DNA of 64,000 nt from Pseudomonadota bacterium. Its GTDB lineage: Bacteria; Bdellovibrionota; Bdellovibrionia; Bdellovibrionales; SG-bin7. The number at the start of each line of letters is the position of its first letter. Position 1 is the stretch's first letter. The stretch covers positions 1,040-65,039 of the forward strand of contig JAWXAY010000075.1 of the NCBI GenBank assembly GCA_034439715.1, in the 5' to 3' direction. Below the pieces are notes generated by a model that was not told the origin of the DNA, did no database searches, and saw only the letters and a list, made by a program, of their open reading frames with translations. This document shows positions 38,364-48,943 of this stretch, in pieces. Made by a program: the position numbers and the translations under genes.

Positions 38364-40052
38364 TTACAAATCCGTTTGGGTATTAGTAACGACTTCTTCA
38401 ATAGTAGTAACGCCATTTAATATTTTTTCAATTCCATGGTCACGAAAGGGAACCATTCCACATCTGATGGCCACCTTTTTTATCTGCGCACTGTCGGATC
38501 TCTGCATTATGAGGGAACGGATTTCATCATTAATCAATAACAATTCTTGAATCAGTGTGCGCCCCAGATATCCTTTTTGATTACACTGATTGCAGCCGCC
38601 AGTTTTAAATACGTTTGCACGTGCCACCTGCTCGGGACTTAACTCAAGACTGCGAATCTCAACCTCAGACATTTTGTGGGGTACTTTACAATGAGGACAA
38701 AGTAAGCGCACGAGTCGCTGAGCTGCCACACCGATTAATGAGGTGGCAATTAAGAAAGGTTCGCAGCCGATATCAAGTAAGCGTGGAAACGCTCCCGCTG
38801 AATCGTTAGTGTGTAGAGTCGATAGAACCAAGTGGCCTGTCAGCGAGGCATTAATTGCAATTTCGGCAGTTTCAAGGTCGCGAATCTCACCGATCATTAT
38901 GATATCAGGATCTTGCCTGAGAATAGATCGAAGCCCATTGGCAAAAGTAAGACCGATCTTTGCATTTACTTGAATTTGTCCAATGCCGTGCACGCGTTGC
39001 TCCACCGGATCTTCAACTGTAATAATATTGCGATCGACACTGTTAATTCGTGTCAGACAGGCATACAATGTTGTCGATTTACCACTGCCTGTAGGACCAG
39101 TCACAAGCATAATACCGTAGGTTTTACTAAGAATGTCAGTTATCTCTACGAGGCTCTTGTCCGAAAATCCCAATTGCTCGAGCTCTAAGACGACGTTAGA
39201 TCTATCTTGTAGACGCATCACCACTCGTTCGCCGAACGCGGTGGGCACCGTGGACAAACGAACGTCAATGTCTTTGCCAGCAAGTTTGAGCGGAATGCGA
39301 CCGTCTTGAGGAAGGCGTTTTTCTGCGATGTTGAGATTGGCCATAACTTTGATACGAGAAGTAATGGCATTTTGCAGGCGCTTCGGCGGTTTAAAGACAT
39401 CATACAGAATACCGTCAATGCGAAAACGTACAGCCATGTCTTTTTCGTAGGGCTCAATGTGAATATCAGAGGCTTTTTCTTTAACAGCTCGAAACAAAAG
39501 TGTATTGACAAGTTTTATAACGGGCGCATCGTCATCGCCAGCATCCAAGAGATCGATGATGGGTTCATCGAGGTCGTAGTCTTCTTCTTCGATGTCATCC
39601 AATCCTTCAAGTGCCGCTGTGCTTTTTTCATAAACTTTATTAATCGCGTCCTTAATCTTGAGCGATGTCACCACTATCGGTGAAATCTTTTTTTCAAAAA
39701 TGAGCTTCATGTCGTCGAGCGCCTTCATATTTAGCGGATTAGAAACCAAAATCTTAACCTGGTCAGATTCCAATTTAAAGGGTAAAACCTCAGTAGCTTT
39801 GGCGTATCCCAAGGGAATGTCCCGCACAAGATCGACGGGAATGTCATTGACCGGAATTTCTTTTAAAAAAGGAAGTTCGAGTTTAAGGCAAATTTCTTGA
39901 AGCAATGACTCAGCAGTTTTTATTTCTTTTTTTCTCAACTCTTCACCAAAATTAGTTTCAAATTGAGAAGGCATTGAGAAAATAGTCTGCACCTGCTCGG
40001 GAGTGAGGCTGGTGGTCTTGCTTAATAAAACTTCAAGGTCTGTTTGTGCCAT
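38364..40052 (-). CDS. gspE: T2SS ATPase E
   Basis: ASDIHIEP, RLPQDGR, GPTGSGKS, LRQDPD, TGHLVLSTLHTN, CxxC tetracysteine. Confidence 0.96.
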   Translation of the reverse strand: MAQTDLEVLLSKTTSLTPEQVQTIFSMPSQFETNFGEELRKKEIKTAESLLQEICLKLELPFLKEIPVNDIPVDLVRDIPLGYAKATEVLPFKLESDQVKILVSNPLNMKALDDMKLIFEKKISPIVVTSLKIKDAINKVYEKSTAALEGLDDIEEEDYDLDEPIIDLLDAGDDDAPVIKLVNTLLFRAVKEKASDIHIEPYEKDMAVRFRIDGILYDVFKPPKRLQNAITSRIKVMANLNIAEKRLPQDGRIPLKLAGKDIDVRLSTVPTAFGERVVMRLQDRSNVVLELEQLGFSDKSLVEITDILSKTYGIMLVTGPTGSGKSTTLYACLTRINSVDRNIITVEDPVEQRVHGIGQIQVNAKIGLTFANGLRSILRQDPDIIMIGEIRDLETAEIAINASLTGHLVLSTLHTNDSAGAFPRLLDIGCEPFLIATSLIGVAAQRLVRLLCPHCKVPHKMSEVEIRSLELSPEQVARANVFKTGGCNQCNQKGYLGRTLIQELLLINDEIRSLIMQRSDSAQIKKVAIRCGMVPFRDHGIEKILNGVTTIEEVVTNTQTDL

Positions 40053-40054
40053 AG

Positions 40055-42304
40055 TTATTGTACGACTTCTTCTCCATTAAGTGTTTCATCAATAATTTCG
40101 TCCTGCTCTTTGGGTGTCGCTTTTATTGTCGCTCGTCTATCTTTACCAAAATTCAGAGCATCTTCAAACTCTTTGCCAAAGGTGTCGCGCCCGCCTTGTT
40201 GCTCTCTGACGAACTCAGAGCGTTGTCTAATTTTTCGATTGAACAATTCTTGGCTGTCTTCTTCGGCTCGCATTATTTTTGGGGTCAAAAAGACAACCAA
40301 GTTTGTTTTTCTGACAATCTTCCTTATCGATTTAAAGAGCCAACCCAAAACTGGAATGTCTCCAAGAACGGGCACTTTATCAACTGTAATTGATTCGTCG
40401 TTTTTCATAAGACCACCGAGTACAGCGGTATTCCCATCAGGAACAACAATCATGGTTTCAATCGTCCGTTCGTCAATTGAGACAGCAGACGCTGCTAGTT
40501 CGGCCGCAGCTACTGGAACTTGGCTGATGCCTTTGATAGACTGGTTAACCTTCATGCGGATCTTACTGCTGTTGGGAGCGATAAAGGGTTCTATTTGTAG
40601 TTTGATGGTCGCTTTAGTTCGCTCAGTACTATTGTTGGTAACCCCGCCAGTGCCAACTTGGCTAGCTTTGCCGGTAGGGACATCAGAACCGACTTCGATC
40701 ATGGCTTTCTCATTATTAAGGGCCATAATTTGCGGAGTAGAAAGGATGTTGGCATCAGTCGTGGTTTTTAAAAAGGAAATCAGACCAATCAAGCTTTTAA
40801 CTTTTGTGGCGACCCCACCTACGGAAATATCAATAGTCTCTCCGTTGCCAAAACCAAGTATGGTGCCCTTGGAGGTTGGATTCAATAAGGCTCCAAAATC
40901 TCCAGTCACATAGCCCACGCGGGATTTACCACCGTCATCGGGATTTAAGAATTTAACGACGTTGGCAGAATAGGTATTAACCTTATCCGCCTGCATTTCC
41001 ATAATAATCGCTTCGACGTAAACCTGGTCTTTAGCAATATCAATTTTTCTTAACAGAGATTTTACAATTTCATAATCGGGTTTACCGGCTGTCACAATTA
41101 AACTATTAGTAGATTTTTCGGCCGTGATTTTTACATCCCCACCAAAAAGCCCCTCATTCAACGGCACAGGATTAAAAGGCGAAATCGGACTACCGGCGCC
41201 TGGTGTTCCTCCTGCCCCTGATTTAGATTTTGAAGCTATTCCGCTGAGCGTGTTGGCGATACCCTCGGCGTCGCCGTATTTTACATAATACACGTAAACA
41301 CCGCCGGCGTCCTCGGGTTTAAGTCGGTAATCTAGGCGTTGCACAAGTTTTCTGATTCGGGCAATTCCGGTATCGTTGCCAAGAACGATCAAAGAGTTTG
41401 TCCGATCATCAGAAATCACACGAAAGTTTTCGCTGCTGTCGGCTTTGGCCTCGCCAAAGCGGGGCACACTCGAAGAAAACGTGGTGCCAGCACGTCCGCC
41501 TTGCTTTCTTTTTCCCTCTTTATCTAAAATTTGATCAATAAGGTCAGATATAATTTTAGCTTTAGCATAGCGAATACGAATGACTTCCATGCGTTCTTCA
41601 AAGCCAGGCACATCTAACTTACCAATAATTTTGACGAGTCGCTCGATGTTAGAGCCAAAGTCAGAGATGATGATAGAATTTGTCGCGGCGTAGGCAAACA
41701 TGATTCCATCTTTAGTGGCAAGTGAGCGTAAAACTTTATTTACAACTTCATCGGCGCTTATGTATTTAAGCTGAACAATTCGCGTAATCATAATGTCGGA
41801 ATCTGGTGAATAACTGCCAGAGTAAGTTTCTATGCTGTCTTTGGTGGCGTTACGAGCCAGCGTGATTTTTAAAAATTTTCCTGAGGGAACAACAGTGTAC
41901 CCGTTGACGGAAAGTGCCGTTAAAAAGGCTTTATAGGCCTCAGCGACAGTGATCTGTGTCGGCGCGATAATAGAAATTTTACCTCTGACGTTTTGATCTA
42001 TAATGAAGTTCTTTTTGGTCAGTTCACTGATGGCCTTTACAACATCTGTAATTTCAGCATTGGGGTAATCAAAGCTATCTATGAGGTCCGGAAAGTTTTC
42101 GTTATTGATATCTTCTGGTTCCGCGAGCGCAATATCTGGCTTATCTGAATTTTTTTCTGTCGATTTTTCTGTCGGTGGCCTATTTGATGGTTCCTGCTGG
42201 GCAAGTTTACGCCCAAATGATTTAACTTGGGAAGGCGCCGGTTTTTGCGCGAGTGCTATCGGCACTACTATGAGCGTAACAATTATTGACGAAATAAATT
42301 TCAT
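40055..42304 (-). CDS. gspD: T2SS secretin D
   Basis: Signal peptide, N0-N3 domains, QVYVEAII, KVPVLGDIPVLGWLF, FLTPKI. Confidence 0.96.
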   Translation of the reverse strand: MKFISSIIVTLIVVPIALAQKPAPSQVKSFGRKLAQQEPSNRPPTEKSTEKNSDKPDIALAEPEDINNENFPDLIDSFDYPNAEITDVVKAISELTKKNFIIDQNVRGKISIIAPTQITVAEAYKAFLTALSVNGYTVVPSGKFLKITLARNATKDSIETYSGSYSPDSDIMITRIVQLKYISADEVVNKVLRSLATKDGIMFAYAATNSIIISDFGSNIERLVKIIGKLDVPGFEERMEVIRIRYAKAKIISDLIDQILDKEGKRKQGGRAGTTFSSSVPRFGEAKADSSENFRVISDDRTNSLIVLGNDTGIARIRKLVQRLDYRLKPEDAGGVYVYYVKYGDAEGIANTLSGIASKSKSGAGGTPGAGSPISPFNPVPLNEGLFGGDVKITAEKSTNSLIVTAGKPDYEIVKSLLRKIDIAKDQVYVEAIIMEMQADKVNTYSANVVKFLNPDDGGKSRVGYVTGDFGALLNPTSKGTILGFGNGETIDISVGGVATKVKSLIGLISFLKTTTDANILSTPQIMALNNEKAMIEVGSDVPTGKASQVGTGGVTNNSTERTKATIKLQIEPFIAPNSSKIRMKVNQSIKGISQVPVAAAELAASAVSIDERTIETMIVVPDGNTAVLGGLMKNDESITVDKVPVLGDIPVLGWLFKSIRKIVRKTNLVVFLTPKIMRAEEDSQELFNRKIRQRSEFVREQQGGRDTFGKEFEDALNFGKDRRATIKATPKEQDEIIDETLNGEEVVQ

Positions 42305-42319
42305 ATAAACCTTCCTTGG

Positions 42320-43237
42320 CTATTGAGTAATCACAACGGAGTGATCTTCATCCCTGCCGTTTCGATTAATCCCGATCTGTATGTTGTTACTGCTTTTAAC
42401 ATCATTAAAAATTTGCATTGCCTTTGCCGGATTATCTACCGGTTGGCCATTCACAGTTTTAATAATATCATTGGGTAAAAGACCCATTTGAGAAAGTACG
42501 CTGTTGGGATCAATATCAAAAATCTGGTAGCCATCAATACGGCCCTGGGCATCACGATGAAAGTTTCCACTTGCCTGATTCATAATCTCAGGGATTTGCA
42601 AGAGGGTTTTATCCAAAAAGCTCTTATTAATTTTTACCTGATTTCCTTCGACGGTGATTTCTTTACTGGCCCCAACGGGTGATTTAACACCAAAGCTCAG
42701 TTTCCCATCTTCTTTTATTTCAGCAAATTCCATGCGATTCGTGTTTTTGTTTTTAATTAATATTTTTCGACGCTCCACTTTTTTTAACACTGCCATATTT
42801 TCAATCTCATCTTCAATTTCGTAAGCGACAATTTTACCGCGGCCTTTGAGTTCAATGCTAGCGACTGACTTAGAGCCATCGACATGCACGATTGTGCCCA
42901 CGAGACTAATCGGGAGTTTGGTAGGTTCTGCTGGTAAATCCTCTGGAGACTGTTGTTCGCCATCACTTGTGAGTTTTTTGGCTATTACGCCATCGGAGTT
43001 GAAAATATTTTTTCGGGTAATCACCTGATAGTTTGACATTGGTTTTGGCTCAGATGTGTAGGGTCGCGAGGCGACGGGGACTTGGGTAGGCGATAAGGGT
43101 AAAAAATTATCGCGAATGTAAGTCGTGATGAGATCGGCAGAAAGGTAGCCTAAGAAAATCATCAAGATATAGATATAGCTATACTCAAATCTTGGTGGAG
43201 AAATTTTGACTTTTCGAATCGGCTGAATTCTATTCAT
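42320..43237 (-). CDS. gspC: T2SS protein C (TM, HR and PDZ domains)
   Basis: TM; LVGT HR region; GLLPNDIIKTVNG PDZ. Confidence 0.88.
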   Translation of the reverse strand: MNRIQPIRKVKISPPRFEYSYIYILMIFLGYLSADLITTYIRDNFLPLSPTQVPVASRPYTSEPKPMSNYQVITRKNIFNSDGVIAKKLTSDGEQQSPEDLPAEPTKLPISLVGTIVHVDGSKSVASIELKGRGKIVAYEIEDEIENMAVLKKVERRKILIKNKNTNRMEFAEIKEDGKLSFGVKSPVGASKEITVEGNQVKINKSFLDKTLLQIPEIMNQASGNFHRDAQGRIDGYQIFDIDPNSVLSQMGLLPNDIIKTVNGQPVDNPAKAMQIFNDVKSSNNIQIGINRNGRDEDHSVVITQ

Positions 43238-43400
43238 TTTTATTAATTTTTATCCAAACGTTATCTAAAAGTTTAGCGAAATAAAGGGGTTAGATCAGTA
43301 AAAAGAAAAGTTAGCCTCGCCTAACGTCCAGCTCGATTTTGATATTGACGATCAGGCCAGCAGAAGCCCTATACTTAGGTCAAGACGGGGAGGAATTCTT

Positions 43401-44111
43401 ATGAGCAAGAAGCGAATTTGTCGACTTAGCATTCTTATCTTTGGCGCTTTCTTTGGCGCTATTTTTTTCTTAGGCTGCGGTGACGAAGTTGAGAAGAAAA
43501 TAGATACTTCTAATCTCGTTGCCGATTTTTCTGTGATTGGAAACAATAATTCGGTTAAATGCAGAGCCCAGTTTTGGGAAGGTAGTAAAACAAACTTAAG
43601 TGGAGAGCTTTCGAACGGCGATCAAGTTTGGTGTCAAGGCAATATGATGGTAAAAAAACAAGAAGCGAAAAGTGGGATTTGGTATGAAACCGATGTCGTT
43701 ATTGAAGAAAAATTAGAATACATTTTAAGTTTTAAACGTCCGGGAGAAAATGCCTATTTAGCGCATGTCACTTTACCCAAAAAAGTTAAAATATTAAATC
43801 CTCATCACGGAGATAAAATTGAACAAGGTCGCGATATTTTGGTTGAGGTTACGCCCGGAGAAAAAAATCTTGATATAACGATTCTTGACTTCGAAAAAAT
43901 CGAAGGCGGCATTAGCGTGGGTTATTCGGAAAGGGCCCCGGGAGACACGAGCTCTCACAAAATTGCTCACAATCATACGAGCACCACGGGAACTGCTGTC
44001 GCCCAGATTATGCTCCAGCGCATTCGCATCGGGAGCCAACCTGACGGACTAATGGGTGACACATCGGGAGTTCAAATGGACAAAATAGCCATTGAACTTA
44101 AGAGTAAGTAA
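43401..44111 (+). CDS. Hypothetical lipoprotein
   Basis: SD GGGGAGG; lipobox FLGC; beta-rich mature domain. Confidence 0.75.
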   Translation: MSKKRICRLSILIFGAFFGAIFFLGCGDEVEKKIDTSNLVADFSVIGNNNSVKCRAQFWEGSKTNLSGELSNGDQVWCQGNMMVKKQEAKSGIWYETDVVIEEKLEYILSFKRPGENAYLAHVTLPKKVKILNPHHGDKIEQGRDILVEVTPGEKNLDITILDFEKIEGGISVGYSERAPGDTSSHKIAHNHTSTTGTAVAQIMLQRIRIGSQPDGLMGDTSGVQMDKIAIELKSK

Positions 44112-44216
44112 TTTGTCAGTTTCTTTCGTGGGCGCAAGTCTTTCATAGGGCTTTTGCAAAACTTACTCTGTTAAATTAACCAAACTCATTCAACTCAAAA
44201 ATAGGATGTCTGCTGA

Positions 44217-44232
44217 CGGCACACGTTTTGCT
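44217..44232 (+). promoter_or_regulatory. Sigma-54 -24/-12 promoter
   Basis: CGGCAC-ACGTT-TTGCT, near-consensus YGGCAC-N5-TTGCW. Confidence 0.7.
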
Positions 44233-44309
44233 ATTGGACAAGTATAAGTAACGTTTTTTGGTCTTTAAATTGTAAAAAGTTTTAAAGCGGCCTAGAAAAA
44301 ATTGGGGGA

Positions 44310-44990
44310 GTGATGGAGTTGGGGGTTTTTGGTCTTCGAGGTTTTGAATCTGAGGTCGTAAGGGTTAATTTGTGTCGCATTCCGCAGGTCAGCATCAGAA
44401 TTCGTGAAGCGCAAAAGCTTTTAGAGATGGCCAAAATAAAAGACGTGGACTTAATGTCCTTCGTTGTAACCAATGAAAAATTTTTTACGCTCAGTCGAGA
44501 ATTTCGAAGCTTTATTATTAGCATTATTTCAATGGGAATTTGTGATAAATATAGCGCGAGTTGTGCTCCCCCTCAGCAAATGCTTATGAACGACAATTTG
44601 GAACTCCTCTTGGACTATGTTAAGTCCGATGTGATTTCTGATAAAAAACACCCCAAAGTTTTAGAGGCCTTTTGTCGACAGCTGGCACGAAAAAACATTT
44701 TTGCGCGCGTCCCTCATAAAGAAACTAACCCAGTAAGCTATGGATTATTTACTTCTCACGCGCGCTGGGTAAATTCCGAGGGTTGTCAGTACGGTTTGTT
44801 TTTTCAGTTTTTAACACAGGCAGTGCTTGAAAATGGCGTCAACAGGATTATTTATTTTGGCCCTCAAAATGAAGAGCTCAAGAGTTTGCAAAAGTTGGTT
44901 TCTGATCGCTGGCCAAATGTTAAAGTTTTGGCCTCTGTTGACATAGACGAAACTTTAAGGACTGTAGACTTTAATATCCACGCTTCTTAA
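44310..44990 (+). CDS. Hypothetical protein, possibly a degenerate FabD-like fold
   Basis: N-terminal GVFGLRG and C-terminal GVNRIIYFGP echo FabD termini; no GHSxG. Confidence 0.5.
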   Translation: MMELGVFGLRGFESEVVRVNLCRIPQVSIRIREAQKLLEMAKIKDVDLMSFVVTNEKFFTLSREFRSFIISIISMGICDKYSASCAPPQQMLMNDNLELLLDYVKSDVISDKKHPKVLEAFCRQLARKNIFARVPHKETNPVSYGLFTSHARWVNSEGCQYGLFFQFLTQAVLENGVNRIIYFGPQNEELKSLQKLVSDRWPNVKVLASVDIDETLRTVDFNIHAS

Positions 44991-44999
44991 AACGCGAAA

Positions 45000-46160
45000 C
45001 TAAATCAACGCGGCCTCTAAAAAAGGAGGCGGTAGTAGTGATGTGGGCAAAAGATAGTTGGGCAGTGGTTCGTCCTCATTCCATAATGTGTAAACTCCGA
45101 ATGGTAATGCACCCGATAAATAATGCTTGGGCACATTAGTAGCGTAGTCTTCATGAAAATTAATATAGCTTAAAAACTCGGTCCCTTGAGTTTGTTTATA
45201 GGCATAGTATAGCAATGATTGAAAAATATCGGGATTATCGCAATGCAGATGACTTAAGAATTTAAAGCGCAGCGCTTGATTTCGCTCGGGTAATTTTTTA
45301 GCCATGCCGAAAAGTGAACCCACCTTAAGGAACTGCCTAAGGCCCGCAATGTAGCCATGATACTCTGTAACATTATATTTTTGCACGGACAAAGCATCCC
45401 AGGGCGCCACACACCCTACGATATTTCCGTCGTTATCTCGTGCTAGTAAAAAATCCGAAAGACTTAAGCCTTTAAACCGGCTCAGTTGCTCCATCAGCGC
45501 AGTTTCGTCTCTTAGAGCGAAGCCCAGTGGCCTTTCTCGCAGTTTCTTATTTAAATAATTAAGCAGTTCGGTCAGGTCTGACTTTGAGGCCGATGAAATG
45601 CTCAAAGTACTCAAAGGACGTGATAAGTAAGGTAAGCGGCCGTGAAGTGTAATGTAATCAAACTTTCTCAAAAGATAATAGCGGGGCATTTTTCTCTTCG
45701 GACTGCGGGCACGCAAAAAAGTGTTGTAGGCCTTTCCTTGTTCTTGAGAAAGCACTGTAAAAAGATAGCGACATTGCCGCTTTGATTGGGAATCGTCAAT
45801 AATGTCCAAAAAGGACTTGGACCACGAGAGAAGGGCTTCGCGTTGCGGGTCAATGCGTAAATCTGTCATGTAGCCGATTTTTTCTAATTTTCCGTTAAGC
45901 CAAGCTTCGCGGTAAACTAGAGTGACAAGTCCAACAATGTTTCTTTCACCATCGCGCAAAATATAAGGATCAAAGTCATTGCTGCTAATTTTATAAAAAT
46001 CAAAAAACGGATGCACGCGACCAATGGCCACTTCGATGGGACCCGGAAAGGGATGTTTTTGAAAAAATCGGATGAGTTCATGACTGTCATTTTCAGTGGC
46101 CAACTCAAACTTCATATTAAGTTTTGGCCCAAAGAGTTTCTTTAGACTTAGATTTTGCAT
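45000..46160 (-). CDS. Tandem GNAT-fold hypothetical protein (start possibly 46115)
   Basis: LATENDSHEL and ASKSDLTEL GNAT starts; IGYMTDLRIDPQR. Confidence 0.65.
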   Translation of the reverse strand: MQNLSLKKLFGPKLNMKFELATENDSHELIRFFQKHPFPGPIEVAIGRVHPFFDFYKISSNDFDPYILRDGERNIVGLVTLVYREAWLNGKLEKIGYMTDLRIDPQREALLSWSKSFLDIIDDSQSKRQCRYLFTVLSQEQGKAYNTFLRARSPKRKMPRYYLLRKFDYITLHGRLPYLSRPLSTLSISSASKSDLTELLNYLNKKLRERPLGFALRDETALMEQLSRFKGLSLSDFLLARDNDGNIVGCVAPWDALSVQKYNVTEYHGYIAGLRQFLKVGSLFGMAKKLPERNQALRFKFLSHLHCDNPDIFQSLLYYAYKQTQGTEFLSYINFHEDYATNVPKHYLSGALPFGVYTLWNEDEPLPNYLLPTSLLPPPFLEAALI

Positions 46161-46683
46161 TTATAAAGCGCGCTGCCACAAATAGATAATCTCCTAGGCG
46201 GTTGAGATAAATTAAGTCCTCTTTAAGGTGAGGGCACTCAGATAAATGTTCGGCAACTCTGCGCTCAGCCCGCCGACAGACCGTGCGCGCCACATGTAGG
46301 GAGGCTGCTGAGATATTCCCCCCTGGCAAGATAAAATTCTTAAGAGGCTTCAGGCCTATTTCAAACAAATCCATTTGTTCTTCAAATAAGTGGATTTGTT
46401 TCGCGTTTATTTTAGGTAAACCCAAAAGAATTTTACTATCATCACAGGCGAGGCGGCTACCAATGCAAAATAAATCATGTTGAGATGCAGTTAGCGTTTT
46501 TAAAACCTGAGTTTTAAAAGCCGCTTTGGGCTTGCCGTTTAAAGTTGCAATACAAAAGCCAACATACGAATTGAGTTCGTCGATAGTTCCGTAGGAATGG
46601 AGCCGTGAGTGGGACTTTAAAACCCTTTTTCCGCTGATGAGGCTGGTTGTTCCTAGATCACCGGTTTTGGTATAAATCTTCAT
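46117..46683 (-). CDS. pduO: PduO-type cob(I)alamin adenosyltransferase
   Basis: KIYTKTGDLG, YGTIDELNS, FILPGG, RTVCRRAER, YLNRLGD. Confidence 0.93.
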   Translation of the reverse strand: MKIYTKTGDLGTTSLISGKRVLKSHSRLHSYGTIDELNSYVGFCIATLNGKPKAAFKTQVLKTLTASQHDLFCIGSRLACDDSKILLGLPKINAKQIHLFEEQMDLFEIGLKPLKNFILPGGNISAASLHVARTVCRRAERRVAEHLSECPHLKEDLIYLNRLGDYLFVAARFINAKSKSKETLWAKT

Positions 46684-46759
46684 AATCACAATATTTTAGC
46701 AGCAAAAAAGATTGCAATGCAAAAGGTAATCATTAAGGTTAAGGGATAAGGACAAATAA

Positions 46760-47560
46760 ATGAGACCTTTCTTTATTTCCATACCTCATGCCGGCGAAGT
46801 AGTGCCCACAGAGGCTACTTGGTTACGTGACCTCAAGGAACCGATCCTAATGTGTGACACCGATCGGTTTGTAGATAGGCTTTATCTTCCGACCATAATA
46901 AAACTAGGCCTCCCGAATGTCATTGCTGAATTTCATCGCTATGTTGTAGATCTCAATCGTTGGCCCGAGGATGTTGATTGTGAGTCAGTGCAAGGTAGTA
47001 AGAACAAATCTGGACTTCACCCAAAGGGTTTTCATTGGTACATAACAACTCAGGGGCAAAGGGTAATGGATAAACCTATGACTCAAGCGCTCCACGAAAA
47101 ATTTGTTAAAATGTATTTTGAGCCTTTTCACTCTGAAATTCGCAAAAAATTTGCCGAAATGAAAAAAAGTGGCGCTAGAGAAGTTTATCATTTAGACGCC
47201 CACAGTATGCCGTCCAGGGGTGGCGCAATGCATGAGGATCCAGGTGAGACAAGAGCTCAAATAGTTATTAGTGACTTTAAAGGCAAGAGTTGCAACAGAT
47301 GGTTTTTAGATCTTGTGGTGAGTGCCTACGAAAAAGCGGATTTTCAAACCCGAGTTAACTGGCCGTATATTGGTGGTCGCATCACACAAACTTATGGCCA
47401 GCCAGAAAAAGGTCAGAATACCATTCAAGTAGAAATGAATCGCGCTCTTTATATGGATGAACAGACAAAAAAGTGGCAATCCGCAGAAGCCACAGAAGTG
47501 CAAAAAAAGTTAGAGCAGGCGCTCTCAGAAATTTATAATAATGTACCGGAAATCACATGA
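46760..47560 (+). CDS. hutG: N-formylglutamate amidohydrolase
   Basis: ISIPHAG, DTD, VDLNR, DAHSM, NWPYIGG, QVEMNRALYM. Confidence 0.88.
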   Translation: MRPFFISIPHAGEVVPTEATWLRDLKEPILMCDTDRFVDRLYLPTIIKLGLPNVIAEFHRYVVDLNRWPEDVDCESVQGSKNKSGLHPKGFHWYITTQGQRVMDKPMTQALHEKFVKMYFEPFHSEIRKKFAEMKKSGAREVYHLDAHSMPSRGGAMHEDPGETRAQIVISDFKGKSCNRWFLDLVVSAYEKADFQTRVNWPYIGGRITQTYGQPEKGQNTIQVEMNRALYMDEQTKKWQSAEATEVQKKLEQALSEIYNNVPEIT

Positions 47561-48933
47561 GTCGAATTCCACTGAAAAAGTTTATTAAGTTTTTTTCTTC
47601 TCTCAAGTTGGCGGTAGTGTTAATTTTGTCCCTCGGTGCCGTAACTTCTGTGGGAACCATCATTGAGGCTAAATACAATACCATGACTGCGCAAAAGTGG
47701 GTTTATCATTCGCCCATCATGCTTGGCCTTTTGGCGCTTCTAATGTTTATTTTGTCGATGGTGCTCTTAGACCGCTATCCTTGGAAAAGGCAGCAGTCAG
47801 GATTTGTTTTGGCTCACATTGGACTTATTACTTTACTTCTTGGCTCCTACGTTACTATGCAATGGGGAATTGACGGAAGCTTGGCCTTTCCCATCGGTGA
47901 GGTAGCCAGAAAAGTGGTGATTGATGAAACTGAGATAAACCTATGGTCATCGTTTGATGGGGATCGTTACACCCGACTCTACCATAAAGATGTTGATTTC
48001 TTTTTGAAGCGACCGAGCAAGTATCCCATTTCCATTGCTACACCCGTCGGAAATATAAAAATTGATGATTTTGTCCCCTATGCTTTTGTCGAAAGAAAAT
48101 TTGTGGGCAGCAAAGATAGAAAAAAAGGTGCCGGGCTCAGATTCCAAATGCAGAATCAGTTTGTGAACGTCATTGATTGGTTGGCTCAACGTGATGATTC
48201 GAAGGGTGCCATAGCTCCTTTGGGACCAGCACAGATAGTTCTTGTTACGGGATTTTACAAGCCGACCGGAAAAAACGAAATTGTCTTAGAAACTAATGGC
48301 GATAAGGAGTCACTTAAGTATACCGTTTATTCAAGTAAAGTGGGAGTTTCGCCAAAACGTGGTGTAGCGAGAGCGGGTAGCGAGATCGACACGGGTTGGA
48401 TGGGGTTAAAGTTTAGAATACTCAATTACTTTCCTCATATCGATGAAGAAGTTACTATTAGACCACTCAAATACCCGACGGAATTGACTCGACAAGCGAT
48501 TAAAGTGAGCCTTAATGACAGATCGCAGTGGGTGGAGCTAAATAACGTCGTTCGTTTTTTTGTAGAGAATCAGGTTTATGTGTTAGAATATGTGAATAAA
48601 GGCCTCGACATCGGATTTGATATGCGGCTGACTGATTTTACAGTGGGCCGTTATCAAGGAACGATGCGAGCCGCCAGTTACCAAAGTGAAATGGACGTCG
48701 AGGGGCAAGGTAAAGTAACTATTGCCATGAATGAGCCTCTTACAAAAAATGGTTATACCTTCTATCAGGCCAGTTTTCAGGAGGAAAACGGTAAACCAGT
48801 ACTGAGTATATTATCGGTTAACAGAGACCCTGGTCGTTGGATTAAATATTTGGGTTCGCTTTTGGTTGTACTTGGAATAATCATCATGTTTTATTTTAAA
48901 GACTATTATTTTCCTAAAAAAGAATCAGCGTAA
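47557..48933 (+). CDS. resB: Cytochrome c biogenesis protein ResB/CcsB
   Basis: SSLKLAV, GT.IE, AHIG, MNEPL, FYQAS, DPG. Confidence 0.88.
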   Translation: MSRIPLKKFIKFFSSLKLAVVLILSLGAVTSVGTIIEAKYNTMTAQKWVYHSPIMLGLLALLMFILSMVLLDRYPWKRQQSGFVLAHIGLITLLLGSYVTMQWGIDGSLAFPIGEVARKVVIDETEINLWSSFDGDRYTRLYHKDVDFFLKRPSKYPISIATPVGNIKIDDFVPYAFVERKFVGSKDRKKGAGLRFQMQNQFVNVIDWLAQRDDSKGAIAPLGPAQIVLVTGFYKPTGKNEIVLETNGDKESLKYTVYSSKVGVSPKRGVARAGSEIDTGWMGLKFRILNYFPHIDEEVTIRPLKYPTELTRQAIKVSLNDRSQWVELNNVVRFFVENQVYVLEYVNKGLDIGFDMRLTDFTVGRYQGTMRAASYQSEMDVEGQGKVTIAMNEPLTKNGYTFYQASFQEENGKPVLSILSVNRDPGRWIKYLGSLLVVLGIIIMFYFKDYYFPKKESA

Positions 48934-48943
48934 GGTGGATTGA

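Noticed and set aside
40044-40913. 289-aa plus-strand ORF
   Set aside because: Antisense shadow of the conserved gspD secretin domain; no motifs or RBS.
30071-43237. gsp operon as a novel system or type IV pilus locus
   Set aside because: Canonical gspC-N order with GspK and PDZ-containing GspC; an ordinary T2SS.
43345-43375. MerR-type promoter (TTGACG-N19-TATACT)
   Set aside because: The 19-bp spacer is present, but there is no dyad symmetry and no MerR gene nearby.
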